The translations under genes and the position numbers were made by a program. Shown in pieces: positions 37,958-49,873 of a stretch of 64,000 bases of DNA. The notes below the pieces were generated by a model. That model saw only the letters and a list, made by a program, of their open reading frames with translations, did not search any database and was not told the origin of the DNA. The DNA is from Mobula hypostoma (Eukaryota), in assembly GCF_963921235.1 (NCBI RefSeq), contig NC_086108.1, forward strand, positions 34,908,001 to 34,972,000, read 5' to 3'. Within the stretch, counting starts at the first letter, position 1. Each line of letters opens with the position of its first letter.

Positions 37958-39745
37958 AACATAGAACATAGAAATCTACAGTAATTACAGGCCTTTTGGC
38001 CCACAGTGTTGTGCTGACCATGTATCCTACTCTAGAAACTGCCTAGAATTTTCCTAGCGCATAGACAATAGACAATAGGTGCAGGAGTAGACCATTCAGC
38101 CCTTCAAGCCAGGACCACCAGTCACTGTGATCATGGCTGATCATCCACAATCGGTACCCTTTTCCTGCCTTCTCCCCATATCCCTTCACTCTGCTATCTT
38201 TAAGAGCTCTATCTAACTCTTTTTTGAAAGAATCCAGAGAATTGGCCTCCACTGCCTTCTGAGGCAGAGCATTCCACAGAACCACAACCCTCTGTGTGAA
38301 AAAGTTTTTCCTCAACTCCATTCTAAATGGCCTACCCCTTACTCTTAAACTGTGGCCTCTGGTTCTGGACTCCCCCAACGTCAGGAACATGTTTCCTGCC
38401 TCTAGCATGTCCGATCCCTTAATAATCTTATATGTTTCAATCAGATCCCCTCTCATCCTTCTAAATTCCAGTGTAGACAACCCCAGTCACTCCAATCTTT
38501 CAACATATGACAGTCCCGCCATCCTGGGAATTAACCTCGTGAGCCTACGCCGCACTCCCTCATTAGCTAGAATGTCCTTCCTCAAATTTGGAGACCAAAA
38601 CTGTACACAATATTCCAGGTGTGGTCTCACCAGGGCCCTGTACAACTGCAGAAGGACCTCTTTGCTCCTATACTCAACTCCCCTTGTTATGAAGGCCAAC
38701 ATGCCATTAGCTTTCTTCACTGCCTGCTGTACCTGCATGCTTACTTTCAGTGACAGATGAACAAGGACACCTAGATCTCATTGTACTTCCCCTTTTCCTA
38801 ACTTGACACCATTCAGATAGTAATCTGCCTTCCTGTTCTAGCCTCCTATTATTCTAAGCTCCATGTGCCTATCTAAGAGTCTCTTAAAAGACCCTATTGT
38901 ATCCGCTTCCACTGCCGCTGGCAGTGCATTCTACGCATCCACCACTCTCTATGTGAAAAACTTACCAATGACATCCCCTCAGTACCTATTTCCCAAGCAC
39001 CTTAAAACTACGCCCCCTCATGTTAGCCATTTCAGCCCTGGGAAAAAGCCTCTGGCTCTCCACACAATCAATTCCCCTCATCAACATATGTGCCTCTGTC
39101 AAGGTCACCTCTTATCCTGTGCCGCTCCAAGGAGAAAAGGCCCAGTTCACTCAATCTATTCTCTTAAGGTATGCCCTCCAATCTAGGCAACATCCTTGTA
39201 AATCTCCTCTACACTATCTATATAGTATCAACATCCTTCCTGTTGTGAGGTGATCAGAACTGAACACAGTACTCCAAGTGGGGTCTGACCAAGGTCTTAT
39301 ATAGCTGTAACATTACCTCACGGCTCTTGAATTCCATCCCACGGTTGTTGAATACCAACACACCATACACACATTCTTAGCAACACTGTCATCCTGCACA
39401 GCAGCTTTGAGTGTCCTGATGGACATGGACCCCAAGATCTCTCAGATCCTTCACACTGCCAAATATTCTGTCATCAAATTTGACCTACCAAAATGAACCA
39501 TTTCACACTTACCTGGGTTGAACTCCATCTGCCACTTTCTCAGCCCAGTTTTGCATCCTATCGATGTCCTGCTGTAATCTCTGACAACCCTCCAGACTAT
39601 CCACAACACCCCTAACCTTTATGTCATCAGCAAACTCACAAACCCACCCTTCTACTTCTTCATCCAGGTCACTTACAAAAATCACAAAGAGGAGGGGGTC
39701 CCAGAACAGATCCCTGCGGAACACCACTGGTCACCGACCCCCATG
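37958..39745 (-). mobile_element. CR1 LINE (outer element), split by a nested CR1
   Basis: Tail gaacatagaacatagaa at 37957; the 3' UTR is interrupted at ~38064 and resumes at ~38839; RT fragment LFVIFVSDLD...FADDIK. Confidence 0.88.
38062..38838 (-). mobile_element. CR1 LINE (inner, different subfamily)
   Basis: Own (CTATTGT)n tail; ORFs containing KKANGMLAFI...LVRPHLEYCVQFWSP and RRMRGDLIETYKI. Confidence 0.9.
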
Positions 39746-40329
39746 CAGACACGGATTCCTCCATGATGTAGGGAGAAATGGATTTCAGTTTGCAGGGCTC
39801 TGGCACCTATACTGGGAAAGGACAGAATTGTTCTATTGGCATAGGCTTCCCTTCACTCAGTCTAGGATGTGTGCTTTGATGAATCTACATCACCGTAGCG
39901 TCAAATTAAATAGTTGATGGGGAGGCAGGGCACGGAGGGTTGAGTTGGGAGGATAAATGCCGTGTTACAAAATGGGAGACGATGCAGTTTGTCAGGAATG
40001 TGCAATGTATACCTCAGATCAAGAGTCAGAGTAGAGAAATATGAAGAAACAACAGAACTGAAGGTTCTTGACCTGAATATACGCAGGGTTGTTTTAGGGG
40101 ATTGAGCTAATGGTAAAAATGGTCATGGAGTTGACCAACACAATGCTGTCTCTTGTACCCTAGCTATATGGTTCCCACATACCTTCATTCACGCCATAAA
40201 TGGAAAATTCTACAAGTTGCTGGGAAGTTTCCCAGGCAATGTGCGGGTCTCTGTGCACCAGATAGTTTTGGGAAGTGACCCCACACACTGTAGGGAATGA
40301 AAAGAAATTAATAAAAACATTTTTTTTAA

Positions 40330-40828
40330 AAATGCATAAAGTAAAAAATCGAAATCTCAATCATGTATTGAAAGAGTGGATTCAACAGTGTCTGAGTGAA
40401 CATGTACCGCTTAACGGTATGCTGATCATGAAACGAGAAAAGATCCATCACGACAAATTGAAAATTGAAGGTAATTAGAGTTTTTAGCAGGCTGGTTACA
40501 GAAGTTTGAGAAAAGTCGCAGCATTAAGTCTTTAAAGATGTGTGGTGCTAATGTCTTCTGGTCACAAAGGAGCAGAAAAATTCATGAATGAGTTTGCCAA
40601 GAAAGTCACTGATGAAAATCTAACATGCTGAACAGCTGCATCAGTACATATGTGTGATGAACAAAGACTGTGTATGTGTGAGACAAAGACTGTTTACCAG
40701 CAGCACATCAATTCAGAGTCAGAAATGACAGCAATCTCAAGCTACCTCATTATTATTCCAAACTCCAAAATCCAAAATCTGAAACACTTCTGGCCCATAA
40801 GCATTTCAGATAGGGGGTACTCGACCTA
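40330..40828 (+). mobile_element. Tigger/pogo DNA transposon fragment (Tigger4/Zombi-like)
   Basis: CENP-B HTH-like translation LNHVLKEWIQQCLSEHVPLNGMLIMK...AGWLQKF; right TIR aagcatttcagatagggggtactcgaccta followed by TA. Confidence 0.8.
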
Positions 40829-41724
40829 TACTGTGACAGTGACATGGTTGCAAAGTGAGCAAGGAATATTAAATATTCCAGGACACAAAGTTTGGAGCTT
40901 GAACTTTTGTACTTAAATTTTTGAAGTGCTAGGCAAAATGGAAAGGAGTTGAGGTAAGTATGAATTTAAAGAATCAGATAAAGGCAGCAGCAAAGCTCAG
41001 AAAATTAAGAAGCTGAATCAGTTTGGCTAGAGCCAAGGTAGCAACATTGGGTAGAGGTCATCAGTATGAGTTATACATAGGGCTCCAAAGAACAGTGTTA
41101 AAGCAGGGCATAGTACAAATCAGGAAATCAAAGATGCATGTAACAAGACTAATAAATAAATCAATTCAGTTTTAATCTATATATAGACTAAGAAATTTAG
41201 CTATAAAACTGTGGAGGAAAAATTTGTGGAATGTATAAGAGAGTCTTTTCCAAATCAATATATTAAGGAACGTGCTTCACTATATCCAGTATTGTACATT
41301 TTAAAATGGTTAATTGTTGATTTTGTGGATAAGGGAATTCTAGGAAATGTTGAACATAATATGATAGCATTTTGTATCAAGATTGAAAATACATTTGTAG
41401 TTTAACTTGCTCTGCAACTGGGGCAAAGAATCCTAAACAAAGCAAACTACAAAGATATAAGGTATGAGCTGGCTATGATAAGTTGAGAAATCATATGAAA
41501 AATGCAATTGTTAAAGGAATTAATACATTGTTTACAAATACTATAATGTATGTCCCAATTGTGTAAAGATTAAAAGTCCAGCTGTGGCAACCAAGTGAAG
41601 TTAAAGATTATTAGATCCACATTTTGTTGCCAAACAAAAACATAAAGTCTGAGAGTTGGGAGCCTTGCAGAATTCAGTAAATGATGTCCTAGGCATTAGT
41701 AAGGAAAAAGCAAGTGAAGTGCAA

Positions 41725-42090
41725 GACAAGCAACAGGAATTCTGCAGATGCTGGAAATTCAAGCAACACACATCAAAGTTGCAGGTGAACGCAGCAGGCC
41801 AGGCAGCATCTCTAGGAAGAGGTACAGTCAACGTTTCAGGCCGAGACCCTTCGTCAGGACTAACTGAAGGAAGAGTTAGTAAGAGATTTGAAGGTGGGGG
41901 GGGAGGGGTAGATCCAAAATGATAGGAGAAGACAGGAGGGGGAGGGATGGAGCCAAGAGCTGGACAGGTGATTGGCAAAAGGGATATGAGAGGATCATGG
42001 GACAGGAGGCCCAGGGAGAAAGAAAAGGGGGAGGGGGGGAAAAACCCAGAGGATGGGCAAGGGGTATAGTCAGAGGGACAAGGGAGAAAA
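41725..42090 (-). mobile_element. Penelope-like retroelement 3' end, well preserved
   Basis: caacaggaattctgcagatgctgg...gcaggccaggcagcatc...cgtttcaggccgagacccttcgtcaggac followed by a purine-rich body. Confidence 0.82.
41826..41861 (-). ncRNA. Minimal type I hammerhead ribozyme motif in a Penelope terminal repeat
   Basis: Minus strand reads AGTC-CTGACGA-AGG-GTCTCGG-CCT-GAAA-CG-TT-GACT: intact CUGANGA and GAAA core, stems I and II, palindromic ACGT stem III, GUU cleavage triplet. Confidence 0.7.
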
Positions 42091-42452
42091 AGAATTGCAA
42101 GAGCAGTTATGCTGGAAACATAGAACTTTAAAAGCTTATATAAATATATAAAAAGGTAGAAAACACCTTAAGATAACCGGAGTACCTTGTAAACTAACAC
42201 AGAAGAAACTGCATGGAAATGTGCATAAGAGAAAGTTTAATCAATTTATAAAAAGTTTGAAATGTATAAATGTATTTTAAAAATGTTTGTGATGTGTCCT
42301 GCTGTTTTAGTATTGTGGCTGGAATGGAACAGTACAAAAATTGTTCAAACAAGTGCAACACCTGCTATTATGGTGTAAGGTTGAGAAACACACTACTCTG
42401 TCACTTGTCAAAAGTGGCCCTAACTGCAAACAGTGTAAATAGGCTGATTACA

Positions 42453-43006
42453 CACTCAGTGTCCAATTTATTAGATACACCGGTACACCTGCTCATTAAT
42501 GCAAATATCTAATCAGCCAATCACATGGTAGTGAATGCATAAAAGCACATAGACATGATGAAGAGATTCACTTGCTGTTCAGACCAAACATCAGAATGGG
42601 GAAGAAAAGTAATCTAAGTGACTTTGATTGTTGATGCCAGACAGAGTGGTTTGAGTATCTCAGAAACTGCTGATTTCCTGGGATTTTCACGCACAACAGT
42701 CTCTAAAACTTACAGAGAATGGTGCAAAAAATAGAATAAAAAATCCAACGGGTGTCAGTTCTGAGGGCGAAAACACCTTGTTAATGAGAGAGGTCAGAGG
42801 AGAAAGGACAGACTGGTTCAAACTGATGGGAAAGCAATAGAAGCTAAAGTAATCATGTGTCACAACAGTGGTGTGCGGAAGGGCAACTCTGAACTCACAA
42901 CACATCAATACTTGAAGTGGATGGGCTTCAGTGGAAGACCACGAAACATACACCCAGAGGTCACTTTATAGGTACAGGAGGTACCTAATGACGTGGCCTC
43001 GGAGTG
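42453..43006 (+). mobile_element. Tc1 deletion derivative retaining the transposase N-terminal HTH remnant
   Basis: TIRs of the cactcagtggccactttattaggtac type with TA on the right; decayed MGKKS.LSDF...GLSISETAD.LGFSRTTVS..YREW reading from ~42596. Confidence 0.82.
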
Positions 43007-43519
43007 TATTTGAATCTTGTGTACTGTAAAGGTCAAAGCAATGTCACGGATCAGAATTAGAAGCAGGTTTAACATCACTGGCATATGTCATGAAATGTGT
43101 TGTCTTTGCGGCAGCAGTAGAATGCTATACATAATAATAGAAAAAAGATGAAGCAGAAAGACCATGGAATAGGTCAAATTAAGCCTACTAAGAATATGTC
43201 ATAATGTGCTAACGACATATGGTACTTCGAACAATTAAGCTAAGGGCAGAGCATTAATTAAAAGAGAAGATAAAAGATTTATTTGTCATTTGTACATCGA
43301 AACATAGAGTGAAATGCATCATTTGTGTCAGTGTGAGGATGTGCTGGGGGCCAGCCTGTAGGCCAGTAGCGGTGTCATCATGCTTCTGGCATTCTGGCAG
43401 CCTGCCCTCAACAGGAAAGGGAGGACACTGAAGGAGTGTTTCTCTGACCATAGGGGACTGTACCTGTAACATAATGTGAGATAATTAATGTGACAATAGG
43501 AGAGAAATAAGCGTGATAG

Positions 43520-44185
43520 GGGATGACACAGTGAAGCAGCTAGAGCTGCTCCTTCTCAGCTCCAGAGACCCAGGTTGATTCATTCCAAATGTCTGAGATT
43601 CATTTTGGATTCAGATTCATTTATTTGTCACATGTATTTTGAAACATACATTGAAATGTGTCGTTTGCATTAACAACCAAACCTCCTAACGATGTACTTT
43701 GGACAGCCCAAAGTGTCACCATGCATTCCAGCGCTAACATAGCATGCCCCCAGTGCTCAGGAACAACATAGAGCACAACAAAACAACAACAGCTAAACAA
43801 GCCCCTTACCCCACTCCCTCCCACCCACACATATGGACAGCCCTCCAACGCCAGAACAGGACTGGCCTCTGGGCCTCCAGTCTCCAGGCTTCAGCATCGG
43901 GCTTCCATCAACCTTTGGGCTTTATGCTGTCTGTGAAGTTTGCACGTTCCCCTTTTGACATGAGGTTTACTTTTCTAGAAGCTGTGACTTCCTACCACAT
44001 GCCAGAGACATGTGGGTTGGTGCATTAGTCACGGCAAGTTGTCCCAAATATGTAGTTAAGTCATGAGGCGGGGTAGGGGATGGATATGTGTGGGGAGAAT
44101 GAAAGCAGATGAGTGTAAATAGGTTATTAATTGTCAGTGCAGTCTTGATGGGCTGAATGGCCTGCTTCTGTGCTGAATGACCCTG
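43520..44185 (+). mobile_element. V-SINE interrupted by a minus-strand LINE-tail-derived insertion (~43600-43925)
   Basis: tRNA-like head at 43520-43580; V core resumes at ~43925; the insertion begins gattcagattcatttatttgtcacatg. Confidence 0.6.
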
Positions 44186-44654
44186 TAGAAGAAGAAAATG
44201 AGATGTAAAATATTGTTGAAATGCTGAGAAAGAAGCTACTTTGCTATCACATAAAATCAAAGGGAAAATTCAGATAAAATATTAATGTCAGAGAGAGGAC
44301 AAGGCTGTAGTAAAAGAGACACTCAGACGTCAAACCTCAGAGGTTTCAAGGAACAGATTATGACTTTAATTATTAAGTATTGCTGCTCCGTATTGACTCA
44401 ATTTAATAAGTATACCTGTACCAATAGCGGGTAGTTGTGGTCAAGATCAAATCTCTTGAGTTAGTTTATAACCTTTGAAAATAAACTAAAACTACAATCT
44501 GGCAGATCTTATACAAGGGAACAGCAGATAAAATTAAACAAATGTTTTGTATCTTTTTCACAGAAGAAGTCATAGAAAATCGTGAAACATAAGGAACTGC
44601 ATACTGTATCTAGAATGGATTTAGAGTTCAAAATAAATAGCAATGATAAAACAT

Positions 44655-45215
44655 AAACACATGAGATTCTGCAGATGCTGGAGATCTTCAGCAACACGCA
44701 CAAAATGCTGGAGAAACTCAGCAATTCTGCAAGCATCTGTGGAGGGGAATGAACAGCTGATATTGCCATGCTCATTCTGACATGCCTGTCCACAGTCACG
44801 AAGAGGACACACTCGGTTGGCGGAGCAGCACCTCTTATGCCATCTGGGCAGCCTCCAACATGACACCATAAACACTGATTTTGCTAACTTCTGGTAAATG
44901 TTCCCACTCCCTCCTTCTTTCTTTTTCCATTCCCCATTCTGGTTACTCTCTCATCCCTTCTCTTCCCCTCACCTGCCTCTCACCTCCCTCTCGTTCCACA
45001 GCTTCCCTTTCTTCTATAGTCTGCTGGCATCTCCTAGTAGATTTCTTTCTCTTCAGCCCTTCACTTCTTCCACCTATCACCTCTCAGCTTCTTATTTCAT
45101 ACTCCCTCCCTCACCCACCCACCCACTTACCCACTCACCTTGTCTCACCTGCCAGTTTGTACCCCTTCACCCTCTTATTCTGGCTCTGTCCCCTTCCTTT
45201 CTAATGTTGATGAAA
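44655..45215. mobile_element. Penelope-like element with an inverted terminal segment
   Basis: Minus-oriented end (44655-44760) followed by a plus-oriented GIY-YIG C-terminal remnant EQHLLCHLGSLQHDTINTDFANFW* (~44823-44898) and a pyrimidine-rich 3' region. Confidence 0.7.
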
Positions 45216-45377
45216 GACAGTTGTAAAACCTTGCTTTGGGAAGGAGGAAATCTAAGACAGGCAACAGTACATTAGTTAACCTGACACGCATTGTGGGGGA
45301 ACTGTTGGAATCTGGTTATTAAGCAAATGTATATAGGCCGTTTGGAAAATGGTAAAAGGATTTGGCAGAGTCACCAA

Positions 45378-45686
45378 GGACGCCACGGTGGCATGGCAGT
45401 TGGCGCGATGCTATTACAACTTGGGGCATTCTGGAGTCTGGAGTTCAATTCTGGTGACGTTCTGGAAGGAGTCTCTATACGTCCTCCCCATGGAATGCGT
45501 GGAGTTTCTCCGGGTGCTCCAGTTTCCTCCCACAGTCCAAATGCATACCGGGTTGGTTAATTGGTCATCATAAATTGTCCCATGACTAGGTTAGAGTTAA
45601 TCGGGTTTGTCAGGGCTTGCTGAGGTAGCATGACTTGACGGGCTGGAAGCCCTACACAGCATTGTAATGCTAAATAGATAAATGAA
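45378..45686 (+). mobile_element. tRNA-derived V-domain SINE
   Basis: Box B gagttcaattc, core tgcgtggagtttctccgggtgctccagtttcctcccacagtccaaa, (TAAA)-like tail. Confidence 0.78.
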
Positions 45687-45811
45687 GGGGAAATTACTTC
45701 TGACAGATTTGGTAATATTTTCTTTGTAACTGGCAGAATAGATGTAGTAGGTTTTGATTTTCTGCAAGTCATCTGCAGGGTGCTGTGCAAGAAATTATTA
45801 AACAAAAGTAT

Positions 45812-46300
45812 AGATAATTATATACAACTTTGGTTAGGCTGTACTTGGAATACTGTGTGCAGTCCTAGTCATACCATTACAGGAAAGATATGGGGGCCCT
45901 GGCAAGGGTACCTGGATTGGAGAGTATTGGCTACAAGGAGAGGATAAACAAACTTATATTATTTACTCTGGAGTATAGGAGTCCGAGGGGATACCTGATA
46001 GAAGTTTATAACGTTATAAAAGGCACAGGATAGACAGTCAGAAACCTTACCCATTGTAGAAATATCACCTACTAGATGGAATGCTTTTACACAGAGAATA
46101 GTGGGTGCCTGGAATGGGCTGTCAGGAACAGTGGAAGCAGATACAATAGTGTAGTTTAAGAGGTTGTTAGATGGACACATGTAGCAGGGAATTGAGGGAT
46201 TTGGATTACATAGAGGCAAGAGATTTACTTTAATTTGGCACCATGTCTGGCACAGACATTGTAGGCCAAAGGCCTGCTCCTGCACTATGCTGTTCTACAT
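45812..46300 (+). mobile_element. CR1 3' fragment nested in the older CR1
   Basis: QLYTTLVRL.LEYCVQ and RGYLIEVY motifs; tail ctatgctgttctac. Confidence 0.7.
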
Positions 46301-47244
46301 AAACAGTAGAGTACAAGGGAATAGTTGGGAGGCTATGACCAGTAGGCCACTGCAAGGGTGTCAGTCAATAATCTGGATGATATCCAAGGTGGCTCCTTAT
46401 ACAAGACTGGGTCAGAGTTGTGAGGAAAATGCAGAAAGACATCTGAGAAAATAGTATAAGAGAATAGGCAAGGACATGATGGATGGAATATAATGTGGAA
46501 AGTGAAAGATCATCCATTTTGATAGAAAAATAGAATAATTTTTAAATGTTGAGAGATCGAAGTCATCTATGTCTAAAGGAATCTGGATGCAGTTGTACTC
46601 GAATCCCCAAAGTTAATACGCAGATACAGCAAATAATTAGGAAAGCAACTTATGCACTGGCCTTTATTGCAAGAGAATTTGAGTACAAGAGTAGAGATTA
46701 CTATTCCAATTACATAGGGTCCTGACAGGACTATATCTGAAATATTGTGCTTAGATCCGTTCTCCCAAACTAAGGAAAGATAAACTTGCAATAGAGGGAA
46801 TAGTACAAAGATTAGCCAAATTGATTCCAGGGTTGGTGGCTTTGTCATATGAGGACAGATCAAACAGACCGGGGCTAGACTCTCATTTAGAAGAATGAGA
46901 AGTGACCCTAGTAAGGTGTACAATATTCTGATGAGGTGTGACAGGGTAATACAGGAATTACAGTATGTTTTTCTTAGCTGTCTCTAGAACCAGGAGTTGC
47001 AGTCGCAAGTGGATGGAAAACTTGGAATTTTTTTTACCCAAGAGGACTGAGGAGAATCAACAATTGGAAATATTCAAATTGAGAGATTTTTTAAAAAACT
47101 GAGCGAGTTAGGGGATATATAGTTAGTGTTATAATGGTCAGGCGCAACCTTACTAAATGGCAGAGCAGGCAGAATGTGTTAGGCCACTCCTGCTTTGATT
47201 TTTTATGAACTTATATATCCAACCTGAACTTGTGATGTGGCCAG

Positions 47245-47525
47245 ATATGAGAATGGTGTTTTCATACATTCCAAACAATGCCTGGGATTGGAAAAGTCTA
47301 CAGAAAATGGTAGACGGAGCGCAGTCCATTACAGGCACAACCATCCCATTAGCGAGTGTATCTACAATGAGCCCTGCCACAAGAAAGCAGCTCCCATCAT
47401 CAAGGACCCCCATCCTCCAGCTCATGGCCTCTTCTCACTTCTACCATCAGGCAGGAGGTACAGGAGCGTTAAATCCCAAACCACCAGATTCAGGAACAGT
47501 TATTACCCTACAACCATCAGGCTCA
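47245..47525 (+). mobile_element. Rex/Babar-like LINE fragment
   Basis: KKAAPIIKDPHPPAHGLFSLLPSGRRYRSVKSQTTRFRNSYYPTTIRL. Confidence 0.8.
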
Positions 47526-48257
47526 AAAAAAGAACCTCTACATTTCCACTGTGCATTTTCTTGGGTACATTGGTTCCCAAATTACACTCCATATTGCTTG
47601 CCAAATAGCCTCATAATTCACCCTCCCCCAGCTGAATACTGTTTTCTCCTATCCCTGTACAAAGCTATGGTAAAGGCTAGGGTGATGTAGTCACCGTCTC
47701 TGAAATGTTCACCCACTGAGAGGTCTGTCAGCTGACTGGGTTCTTTATCCATAAGACATAGGAGAAGATTTAGGCTATGTGGCCAATTGAGTTTGCTCTG
47801 CCATTCTTTCATGGCTGATTTATTCTCCCTCTCAACCTCATTCTCCTGTCTTCTCCCTGTAACCTTTGATGCCCTGATTAATCAAGAACGTATCATCCTC
47901 CACCTTAAATATACCCAATGACTTGGCCTGTACAGCTGTCTATGGCAATGAATTCCAGATTCATCACCCTCTGGCGAAAGCAATTTTTCCTCTTCTCTGT
48001 TCTGATGAAGGTCTCTCTACTTTGAGACTGTGCCCTCTGTCCTGGACTCCCCCACTATAGGAAACAGCCTCTCCATATCCAGTCTATCTCGGCCTTTCAA
48101 TTTTCAACAGGTTTCAAAAAGAATTCCCTTCATTCTTCTAAACGCCAGGAAGTACAGGCCCAGAGCCTTCAAACGGTCCTCATATGTTAATCCATTCCCA
48201 GAATTATTCTTGTGAACCTCCTCTAGACCCTCTCCAACGTCAGCACATCTTTTCTTA

Positions 48258-49005
48258 TGTATCCCTCAGCAGGCTTGTACACGCACTTGGCTCATTAGCC
48301 AGCTATGCTAACAGCCACATGATCAGTGGTGAGAACACCATCTTTCACTAACAATATATGCCTAGGGTAGGTATGACTTGGGGTTCAATCAAACAGGAAC
48401 ATCATTATGTTCCAATTAAAGGAACCTTGATTTGAGTGAACGCTATATAAATATTGCCCATACACAATTATCGGTCAGCCAGAAGTAACAGATGGTTCAT
48501 CGCATGAAATTATAAAGAATGTCTATTGGCTAATTTCGCTTTATCAACCATTTAAGAGAAAGAAAAGAAAGAAAAATTTAAAGGGCCCATTACAGTTAGA
48601 CCCGTCTAAATGTGCACGCAACCATTGGCGCTCATATCTTCCAAAAGCCTGGTATAACCATTGCTCACAGTGCTGAATTCTCATCAACAATCACTAGTAG
48701 AACTTCTCATCTTTGTTTTGCAAAGCACTCCTTGCTGTCGCATCTTCCTGCCATCTCCGCCGATCTTCTCTTCTCTGCATCTCCCACCAAAAGGCCACAA
48801 ATCCCACTAGTGTCTGCCCAGCTCTCTCCAGAACCTTCTCCCAATTCCTTCATTCTGATTGGCTGATGTAACATTCCTAAGTTGAACATTTTAGCCCATT
48901 CTCTTTAGCTGAAACCAAAACATTCTACCAGCACTGGTTTTACAGAAAGTTACTAAATGAAATACCCCACGCAATAGCAGTAGAAATCTTAACCAAGGCA
49001 TTACC
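48258..49005. mobile_element. Probable solo LTR, 748 bp
   Basis: Interrupts the CR1 cleanly; 4-bp TSD CTTA at 48254-48257 and 49006-49009; starts TGTA and ends TACC (one mismatch from TACA). Confidence 0.65.
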
Positions 49006-49268
49006 CTTAGATAAGTGGTTCAAAACTATTCACAATACTGCGTGTAGTCTGACCAGTGCCTTATAAAGCCGCAGCACTACATCCTCCAGTCCACTCGAAA
49101 TGAATGTTAACATTGCATTTGCCTTTGTAGCACTGATCTAACCTGCAAATTAACTTTTAGGGAATCCTACACAAGGACTCCCAAGTCCCTTGGCATCTCT
49201 GATTTTTGAATTTTTCCCCCATTTACAAAATAGTCCAGGCCTTTATTCCTTCTAGCTAAGTGCATGAC

Positions 49269-49873
49269 TGTTCTGCCCTTTGGACAATTGACTTATGTTT
49301 TTTACTATGTAATTAAGCATATTCAGCTTTTATGTTAAAATGAGCAGTTTCAGATCAGGTCACTTGCTGTGCAGTGAGGACATAGTAAGAAAGTACATTG
49401 GCTGGCAGAAGTCCAGAGGCTTATGTCAGAAGCAAAATAAGTTTCTATCTAAAGCCATCCTGTTGTTTCCCCAGCAGATGTATTACTTGTAAGTTGATGT
49501 TATATTGTTTAGAAGTTAATCTAAAGGTATCAATATGATTTTGCTAAAATAGAAAGTTATAATTGAGTTTATTAGACACTAACATTTTACACATACTATT
49601 TACTTGTAGTATTTACTTCTTGGAATCTTAAAATATTTACCTGCAGGACACTTAACAAAGTTCTTACTTACCTTTGTATATTTACTTATGTGAATGGACT
49701 ATGCAGTAGTTGTACTCCATTTTGGTGTTTTTCAGTTTCATTCCTATTGGCATGCCATTGAGTCTGCAATAAACCCAAGGAGCTAGGATGCAACATCCTG
49801 TCTCATATCATTTTTGAATGAAGTTTGGCTGACTGTCTACTTGACATTACAACACCTCAGCAAGGGCAGTACA
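49269..49873 (+). mobile_element. Solo LTR, 605 bp (5-bp TSD; possibly BEL/Pao)
   Basis: TGTTCTGCCCTT...AAGGGCAGTACA (11/12 inverted match); perfect TSD ATGAC at 49264-49268 and 49874-49878; AATAAA at ~49768. Confidence 0.82.

Larger units (their letters stand above)
40050..47210 (+). mobile_element. Long, old CR1 LINE fragmented by many later insertions
   Basis: Collinear decayed ORF2 motifs: LKVL.LN.R (~40060), VT.TWLQ...LNIPG (~40835), KFVECIRESF.NQYI (~41220), RT (~45700-45810) and RT C-terminus/3' UTR (~46310-47210). Confidence 0.6.
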
